A DNA stretch of 64,000 nucleotides, taken from positions 128,001-192,000 of the IMG/VR virus record IMGVR_UViG_3300037067_018912. One strand, given 5' to 3'. The notes below the pieces were generated by a model. That model was given only the letters and a program-made list of their open reading frames with translations. It was not told the origin of the DNA and did not search any database. This document shows, piece by piece, positions 57,667 to 64,000 of the stretch (its first letter is position 1; the number at the start of each line of letters is the position of its first letter). This DNA is from a virus (taxonomy: Duplodnaviria > Caudoviricetes). The translations under genes and the position numbers were made by a program.

Positions 57667-57981
57667 TTATTGATTTTTGTAGGCAGTTATCATCGCCTCA
57701 TAATCCGCCTTAACTTTTGAGAGGGGAAAAGGTATTCTGATCTGTGCTCCATCGGGGATATCAAACTCGTTGAGATATTCCGGATTCGCAAGCATTATAA
57801 GGAAGTCGTAGAACGGATTTCCATAATATTTACGGCTCAACCTATCCATCCTGTTGAAGGTGCTGTTCCAAATCTCAGACTTGTCGCTTGCATTTCTCGG
57901 CAGCGGGGTGAACGGAGTCATGCTCGTCGTCCCGTCGGGATTCTTCAATAACGCATATCTCTTATAATCAGTCTGTGGCAT
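57667..57981 (-). CDS. Baseplate wedge LysM-like protein (T4 gp53 / tail-X-like)
   Basis: RMDRLSRKYYGNPFYDFLIMLANP...IPDGAQIRIP pattern. Confidence 0.7.
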   Translation of the reverse strand: MPQTDYKRYALLKNPDGTTSMTPFTPLPRNASDKSEIWNSTFNRMDRLSRKYYGNPFYDFLIMLANPEYLNEFDIPDGAQIRIPFPLSKVKADYEAMITAYKNQ

Positions 57982-57986
57982 ATCAA

Positions 57987-60900
57987 TTATTTGTTATTTA
58001 CCGTATTTGTAGTGTTCGCCGCTTTGGCTGCCGCCGTCGATGCGTCCGCAGCCTGCCGTTCCTTGTTTTTCGTCTCAAGTTCATTATTCATGGCTTGAAC
58101 TTTGGTAGCGAGGATTCCTTTCATGTATTCTTCCTGCTTGGTTTCGGTATCAATTTGCTTTGTGTAGAATTCCCTGTTCGAATACGTCGAATTTGCATAA
58201 TAATGAGCAGAAACGGCGTTCTGAAGCGCATCAATCGGTCCTTTGAGCGACTGACCGCCTATTATCTTGATATTAAGAGTTACGTTCGCTAACATCGGTT
58301 GCATCCCGAACCCTTCCGGGTTCATATCCCATGTGGTATCACTGTAATCAATATTGAGACTTTCAATGATCACCTTCGTGTAATAAAAGTCCCCGACCCT
58401 CAAAATGCATATCGGCTGACGCCCAAACACAGAGTTCCTTGCCCTATACTCACCGTTTTCTTCTGCAGTACTATACCTCTTAGCAGCACCCTGCCTCATG
58501 CATTGGTGTAGGAATGTCAGACGCTTGTGAAAATCCTCCGGCGTTTGGGAGTGGAAGACAGGTTGGTAGTAATTCTTACCGATTATCTCCGCACCGTCCA
58601 TTAATCCAGAATTTATCGTCTTCTCCACGAAAATACTTGTTTCGTCAATTGTTCCTTCCGTAAACGTCAAATTCCTCTGCTCTTCCGGAGTTGGTTCGGT
58701 CTTAACCTTACCTGGAGGTGTGTACGGCTTAGTATTTCTTTTTATAAGAATTTTACCGAAGCGTTCCTTTTTTGTATCCTCCTCCGGTATTGCAACTGCG
58801 GTTGCATTCTCATCGCTCGCCACCCTGTCGCCGTCAGTTCCAGTGAGTTTATTGCCTGACAAATCTTTCCCATAATATTCCTCATTCAATTTAACCACAA
58901 TCTTACTTGCAACGGCATTGCCAAACAAGGCTTTCAATCTTTCTTCGACAAGTTTTTTAACAGCCAATCCACGGCGGTGTCCAAGTTTTAAATTATAATC
59001 AGCACCCTTGGCAGTGTCTTTGATGTTCTTCTCAGTATAGAGTTTTGATGCCCCACCCCAAACAAGAATTTCATAATAATCCCTTGTCTCCTCGTTACTA
59101 AAATAATCCAATAAAATATTATTCAATTTAACCTTACCGAAATAATCTTCAATTTGATTATTATTATATTGTGTGAAATCCCCCGGTATTGAAACAGTAT
59201 CAAGATACATAGTCTTACCAGACACTTCAACCGGGAAATTAACAATATATTTTCTTACATAGACGTCTTGATTTATGCCGAAAGTCTTGTCTCCATTTTT
59301 CGTTAGACACTTTTCATGAACCTCATATGCCATATCTTTATACATTGTGTCGAAAATCACATTCTCCCGCCCTTCCTTGGGTTCGTCATTTGGAAAAGAT
59401 AGTGTCATATCTGTATCAGGAGGGAATTTCGGTTCTGGTGGTGTAGGTGGTGTTTCAACCTTAGATTCTTCCTTTTTCCGGGGTTTTGGGGTGTAGGGGT
59501 CGCCACCAAATGCAAAAAATTCGGCGATCCTTTTCTTTTGATCACTACCTTTATAATAATTCTTCAATTGTTCCGGGTAGTCGACAAGTAGGATAAATGA
59601 AAGTGTCGCACTCCTTTCTGAATTCTGATACGAATATATTGGCTCGTTCCTGCCGACAAGCATCGTCGATTCAAATCTCGCCGTCGCCGTCTCCTGTATG
59701 TTCAAACCATATGGAGGAAACCACATAATCCTACCGTTGAACGGTCCGACCTCACATAACGGAACGGCTGTGCCTTCCTCATCATCCATGATAGCGTAAC
59801 CCTCCTTAGAATCATTTGCAAACACACCAACAGCAAGATTCTCAATACTGAACATAAGGTTCTTATTGTTGACATAACTCATATTGTCGACCGTTTCAAT
59901 GGTTGGATGTATCCTTGGCATAACAGATTTATAGGTCACAGAATTAGCATTACCATCATAATGTTCACTACCAAGAAACCTTATCGCTTTCGCAAATCTG
60001 TCATATTGATCCAATACACTATGCTGACGAACACCCGTCTCGCCAGCAGTCTCGCTTTTAATGGCATATTTACTATCATTTGCCTTCCATAACGGAGAAC
60101 CATTAAATCCTACCAATTTTTTGTTGTTGAGGAAAACCTTCTTTGTCAAATCCCCAATACCACCCTCTGTGGCGTTCACAAGATTCTTAGTGTATTCCAA
60201 AAGACCCGTCCTGACACCGAATTTTGTAAGTGAAGCGTCTCGAACTTCCACAACTTCGACCTTGTCTTTTGAATTGGCGTCGTTGAAACTACCTCTCTGT
60301 TTTTGAGAAACGTTATTAGTCTCATTACTAATCTGACTAACACCCCACGAAATTCTGGATTTCGAAACATCAGTATCAATATTTCCAATCCAATCATTCT
60401 GTGCACTCTCGCTCCAATCGTATCCAACAAGACCATTCCTGCCGAAATCTGACAAGACCTCACCATATTCGTCCCTACCATTCACGACCGAATTGATCAT
60501 GTTGGCGTTAGCACCAACTATAGAATTTGAATCATTCTTGATTTCACCTAAAACTGTGGTTGATATATACGGATTGAAAATCCCGTCAAAAATAAAAAAC
60601 TTCTTATCGTCTTTTCCCGTCCCGATCTTTTTGTCCTTACCGCCGAACACCGTCTGTGGGGAAGTGAGTTCAGGTTTAATATTTTTTGATTTGTCGTGAT
60701 AGATATTACCCTCCTTACTTGTATCTTTCGACGGCTTGAAGACGTTTTTATTTAACAGTTTAAATAAGATACTTAATTGTCCTGATCCTGTATTATTTAT
60801 ATAATCTTTATTTGTTGGATCATCATTGAAAGGATAATCATCCTTTGGATACCAAAACTTCAACCTGTCAATATAGTTGGCAAAAGTGCCTGGGTCTTTT

Positions 60901-61334
60901 TTCGTCGTCACTCGATAGTCGGAGTTCTTCGTAAAGAGTTTCGTATCCGGATTACCATCGAACAAATTGGACACCTTAATCACCGGAAGGGTTTGTTGGG
61001 AGATGTGTGACGACGCATTGTAAGCCAATTGTGTGCCCAACATTGCCAAACCAATCTCGGTTAATGGTGTTGGTGTGGTTACAAGCCTGCCATAGACGGT
61101 ATTTCTCAAATCATATGCTTTGAACGGCTGTATAGTATTAACGATTGAATTAATTGCGTCAACCATTTTTGATTCTGTGGACGGTTTTGAAATAGAGTAC
61201 TCATCGCCTGGAGTGTAGAGGTTGCGTGTTGCCAAAGCCTCCCTGAAATTCGTAGAATTAACGAGAAGCCTTGAACTTGTAACTCCTTGCATGTTACTGT
61301 TTCCATTCACACTGTCAGCAAAATTCGTCGCCAT
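57987..61334 (-). CDS. Baseplate/tail-tube-initiator-like protein with an OmpA-like insertion
   Basis: Tube-initiator-like segments (GRNEPIYSYQNSERSATLSF; PICILRVGDFYYTKVIIESLNIDY...W) flank an OmpA-C-like segment (GGAS...YNLKLGHRRGLAV). Confidence 0.55.
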   Translation of the reverse strand: MATNFADSVNGNSNMQGVTSSRLLVNSTNFREALATRNLYTPGDEYSISKPSTESKMVDAINSIVNTIQPFKAYDLRNTVYGRLVTTPTPLTEIGLAMLGTQLAYNASSHISQQTLPVIKVSNLFDGNPDTKLFTKNSDYRVTTKKDPGTFANYIDRLKFWYPKDDYPFNDDPTNKDYINNTGSGQLSILFKLLNKNVFKPSKDTSKEGNIYHDKSKNIKPELTSPQTVFGGKDKKIGTGKDDKKFFIFDGIFNPYISTTVLGEIKNDSNSIVGANANMINSVVNGRDEYGEVLSDFGRNGLVGYDWSESAQNDWIGNIDTDVSKSRISWGVSQISNETNNVSQKQRGSFNDANSKDKVEVVEVRDASLTKFGVRTGLLEYTKNLVNATEGGIGDLTKKVFLNNKKLVGFNGSPLWKANDSKYAIKSETAGETGVRQHSVLDQYDRFAKAIRFLGSEHYDGNANSVTYKSVMPRIHPTIETVDNMSYVNNKNLMFSIENLAVGVFANDSKEGYAIMDDEEGTAVPLCEVGPFNGRIMWFPPYGLNIQETATARFESTMLVGRNEPIYSYQNSERSATLSFILLVDYPEQLKNYYKGSDQKKRIAEFFAFGGDPYTPKPRKKEESKVETPPTPPEPKFPPDTDMTLSFPNDEPKEGRENVIFDTMYKDMAYEVHEKCLTKNGDKTFGINQDVYVRKYIVNFPVEVSGKTMYLDTVSIPGDFTQYNNNQIEDYFGKVKLNNILLDYFSNEETRDYYEILVWGGASKLYTEKNIKDTAKGADYNLKLGHRRGLAVKKLVEERLKALFGNAVASKIVVKLNEEYYGKDLSGNKLTGTDGDRVASDENATAVAIPEEDTKKERFGKILIKRNTKPYTPPGKVKTEPTPEEQRNLTFTEGTIDETSIFVEKTINSGLMDGAEIIGKNYYQPVFHSQTPEDFHKRLTFLHQCMRQGAAKRYSTAEENGEYRARNSVFGRQPICILRVGDFYYTKVIIESLNIDYSDTTWDMNPEGFGMQPMLANVTLNIKIIGGQSLKGPIDALQNAVSAHYYANSTYSNREFYTKQIDTETKQEEYMKGILATKVQAMNNELETKNKERQAADASTAAAKAANTTNTVNNK

Positions 61335-61732
61335 TAATGAAGATTTTTAAATAAATACTTGCCGTTTCGTTTTATATTATGTAGTTTTACATTGGAGAAA
61401 ACTGTCCCATCCAACCGGGACGGGTGTCATACTCTTTTTATCAAATATTATTGGGTTCTATGGAAAAGTTCTTTATATTGTGAACATGTTGATAAGATAT
61501 TTCATTTCCGTTCGGAAATGAAAATAGATATCCTGTGATGTCGAGTTTTTATCAAATCCGAAGGAATTGAGAACAAACTTTGTAAGTTCGTTCTTTGATT
61601 CCGCAGGAGCGAAGAAAAAGTTTGCAAGCGGAGTTAAAGTCCTGTCCTGCGGACAGACCGCTTAAAGGCAAGCGGAAAAACTTGTCGAAGTTACAAAAAA
61701 TTTTTTTAAGATACAAGGGTTTTAAAAAATTC

Positions 61733-64000
61733 TTAGACGTTTTGATCTCCCTTGCCCTCAAACAGGCTTCTGGATTTCTTTATTATAACAGGTGCTTTAA
61801 TAGCCTTGGTTGTAAATCTTTCGCCATCAATATTTAATGTAATATTACTGATCATATCCAATTGTTTATCAGCAAATTCGACTTTTAATGGTTTATTCAT
61901 AATATTGGTAAGGTCTGCGAAGAAACCACCGCCTTTGATATTAGATTTGGAAATTGATTCGATCGCCCTTTGCACTGCAATGAAATCATCTTTGCTTCCG
62001 GATAATACTGCTTTAATATTTGCAAACGAATCACCAATTGTTGCCAATGCAGGTGCGGATTTTTGTAACATTTTCATTGTTCCTGCGAAAACGAGGAATC
62101 CTGCAGCACCTGCGGTGAAACCCATCATCGATGCTGCCACAAATGCAATTCCTTTACCAGTCTGCAACATTGCCGGACCTGCATCTTTGCCTGCCATAAC
62201 AAGTTCAGTCAATCCTTTACTCATAATTCCAATCCCTTTGGCTGCCAGATTTATACCAAATCCGACACCCACCACCGCTGCACCCAAGGCGAGTAATCCA
62301 ATAGCACCTGTCGTAGCAGCACCTGCTACAAGACCAATTCCAATTGCCGCTGCCGGGAATGTTATTGCAAGAGTCATTGCAATTTTTTGTAATGATTCTG
62401 CCTGTTCTGGTGTTAATTTAGCCATCGAGTCGGCAAGTTTACTGATGCCTTCCGCCGCAAGTCCGACGCCTGCACCCAAACCGACTGCTGCAGCACCAAT
62501 GCCCGCACCCTTGCCAAGTGCTTTCATTCCTTGGCCTGCGGCCAAACCGCCTGCACCTTTCCTAATTGCACCCCCTTTGGTTATAAAGTCAGTTCCTCCC
62601 GCTACTCCACCTCTGCCTGCTGCGGGAGACTTGCTGAAAATGTTTAATAATTTGGACTTACTGACGAAATTATCAAGCATTTTCCCAAAGAAAATCCCCG
62701 ACGCTTTAAACGCAACCGCTGTGGTAAGAAATAATGCGCCTACCTTCAACCATGCGCCAGGACCTTTAGTCATAATTTCAGTTAATTTAATAACTGTCGG
62801 TCTTATTGCCGTTAACGTTCCATTAACGAAATTTAATATCGGTAATAATGCGGCTTTCAGTTCATTTATCGTGGCTTTGAATGCTTCATCGAAAGTTTGT
62901 GCTTCCAACGCCCTGTCTTGTAATGATTTACTTTCCTTGGCAAATGATCTGGCTTGTGCCTCCGTTAATTTGGAGATATCACGCATCTGTCCACCCAATT
63001 TCGCTTCGAATTTCCCAGTTTCTTGGTTAAAGACAGCAGCACCCTCAATTAATTCTTTTTCCTTGTCTGAGAGACCCATACCTGCCATTTGCTGACGCAT
63101 TTTTTGTATCTCGGCTTGTCTCTCGGCGATTTGTGTGAGTTCACTTGCTTCCATTCCAAGGGATTTGGCTACTGATGCAAGTCTGTCACGGTCTGCCGGA
63201 CTGATAAATTTTTCAAACGAACCATCCGCCATTCTTCTGAATGAAACAATTCCTTTAGTCATGTCGGCGATCTTTTCAGTGAATTTCGCCGGGTCATTAC
63301 GTGAAAGGAATAACATCTCAAACGGGTCGGTCTTTGCAAACTCTCCGCCCATAACCTGCAGGTTCGCTGCAAGGTCGACAGCACCCTCAAGGCTTCTTGC
63401 TACATCGGCAGCGTTCAAGGCTTGACCAATGTCAATCCTGAATTTCTCAGCGTACATTGCCATTTGTGCAAATCCCTTAACGCCTTGTTGGAAAGTATAT
63501 GTATTTAATCTTTTAAAATTATCTGAAACATTTTTGAGTACCTTGGTGGTGTTGACACCCATTCTTTCACTTGTGTCAACGACGCCTTGCACATATTCCA
63601 TAGTTCCTTTGGCGTCATAACCCATTAATTCAAACTGTGCACCAAGTTTGGTTGCCTGCTCAACACCTAATCCTGTACCTTTACCAATAGCAGTGATGTC
63701 TGTAACCATTTCCGCTGATAATGAACGTGCCCTTCCGGTTTCATCAGCATAACCCTGCATTATTGTTTGAATGTCTTCAAGGTTACCACCCATCCTTGCA
63801 ACAAGACCTGCCGACTCTTCAAAACTTCCCCTCATCTCAGCGGCTTTTGCACCGGACATTCCGAGACTCAGTATGGTACTCTTTATGACTTTATCTTGCA
63901 GTTGTAAAAATTTCCATCCTTCTTTAACGCTGTTAACCATTGCCCTTGCGATGTCAACACCTGCCTGCCTTGCGTTGAGACCTGTCTTGAGTTCCTTATT
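61733..64000 (-). CDS. Tape measure protein (partial, 5' end beyond the window)
   Basis: Long Ala/Gly-rich helical protein with hydrophobic segments, upstream of baseplate genes. The frame stays open from 63940 to the window end. Confidence 0.75.
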   Translation of the reverse strand, partial: NKELKTGLNARQAGVDIARAMVNSVKEGWKFLQLQDKVIKSTILSLGMSGAKAAEMRGSFEESAGLVARMGGNLEDIQTIMQGYADETGRARSLSAEMVTDITAIGKGTGLGVEQATKLGAQFELMGYDAKGTMEYVQGVVDTSERMGVNTTKVLKNVSDNFKRLNTYTFQQGVKGFAQMAMYAEKFRIDIGQALNAADVARSLEGAVDLAANLQVMGGEFAKTDPFEMLFLSRNDPAKFTEKIADMTKGIVSFRRMADGSFEKFISPADRDRLASVAKSLGMEASELTQIAERQAEIQKMRQQMAGMGLSDKEKELIEGAAVFNQETGKFEAKLGGQMRDISKLTEAQARSFAKESKSLQDRALEAQTFDEAFKATINELKAALLPILNFVNGTLTAIRPTVIKLTEIMTKGPGAWLKVGALFLTTAVAFKASGIFFGKMLDNFVSKSKLLNIFSKSPAAGRGGVAGGTDFITKGGAIRKGAGGLAAGQGMKALGKGAGIGAAAVGLGAGVGLAAEGISKLADSMAKLTPEQAESLQKIAMTLAITFPAAAIGIGLVAGAATTGAIGLLALGAAVVGVGFGINLAAKGIGIMSKGLTELVMAGKDAGPAMLQTGKGIAFVAASMMGFTAGAAGFLVFAGTMKMLQKSAPALATIGDSFANIKAVLSGSKDDFIAVQRAIESISKSNIKGGGFFADLTNIMNKPLKVEFADKQLDMISNITLNIDGERFTTKAIKAPVIIKKSRSLFEGKGDQNV

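Noticed and set aside
61552-61837. Short ORFs on both strands in the tape-measure/baseplate gap
   Set aside because: They overlap each other and the tape-measure stop, have no motifs and coincide with dense inverted repeats. A non-coding explanation is preferred.

Overview
This window is part of a large tailed (myovirus-like, probably jumbo) phage genome. All credible genes are on the minus strand. Bacteroidota-type promoters (TTTG-N20-TAnnTTTG) point to a Bacteroidota host. Layout: (1) 1-27.5 kb, a mosaic family of fibre/virion-decoration genes (collagen, HxH, LRR, delta-60 propeller, coiled-coil, Cys-rich modules) plus a GT9 glycosyltransferase. (2) 27.7-32.0 kb, a two-gene operon (divergent TROVE/Ro60-like vWA protein and an ARPP/DUF6569-like protein) preceded by a ~1.3 kb non-coding RNA array. 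(3) 32-38.5 kb, replication/recombination genes (DnaB-like helicase, 5'-3' exonuclease, RecA/UvsX, gp32-like SSB). (4) 38.5-44.5 kb, acidic probable head proteins. (5) 44.5-57.6 kb, a sugar-nucleotide/glycosyltransferase island (split HldE, FnlA/B/C-like enzymes, ~8 GTs, 2 methyltransferases). (6) 57.6-64 kb, baseplate and tape-measure genes. The main discovery is the RNA array. Six RNAs share one stem module (5'-RRAAC-[U+9 nt paired]-UHCAGUAR-3') with covarying partner strands. In four of them the module is grafted onto a tRNA body at three different positions: the variable loop of a circularly permuted tRNA, the D-loop (two copies) and the acceptor end. These four carry anticodons CGU, AUU, GUA and UCA. 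This looks like a phage Ro60-like/Y-RNA-like system with modular tRNA mimics. All assignments were made by eye, without database searches.
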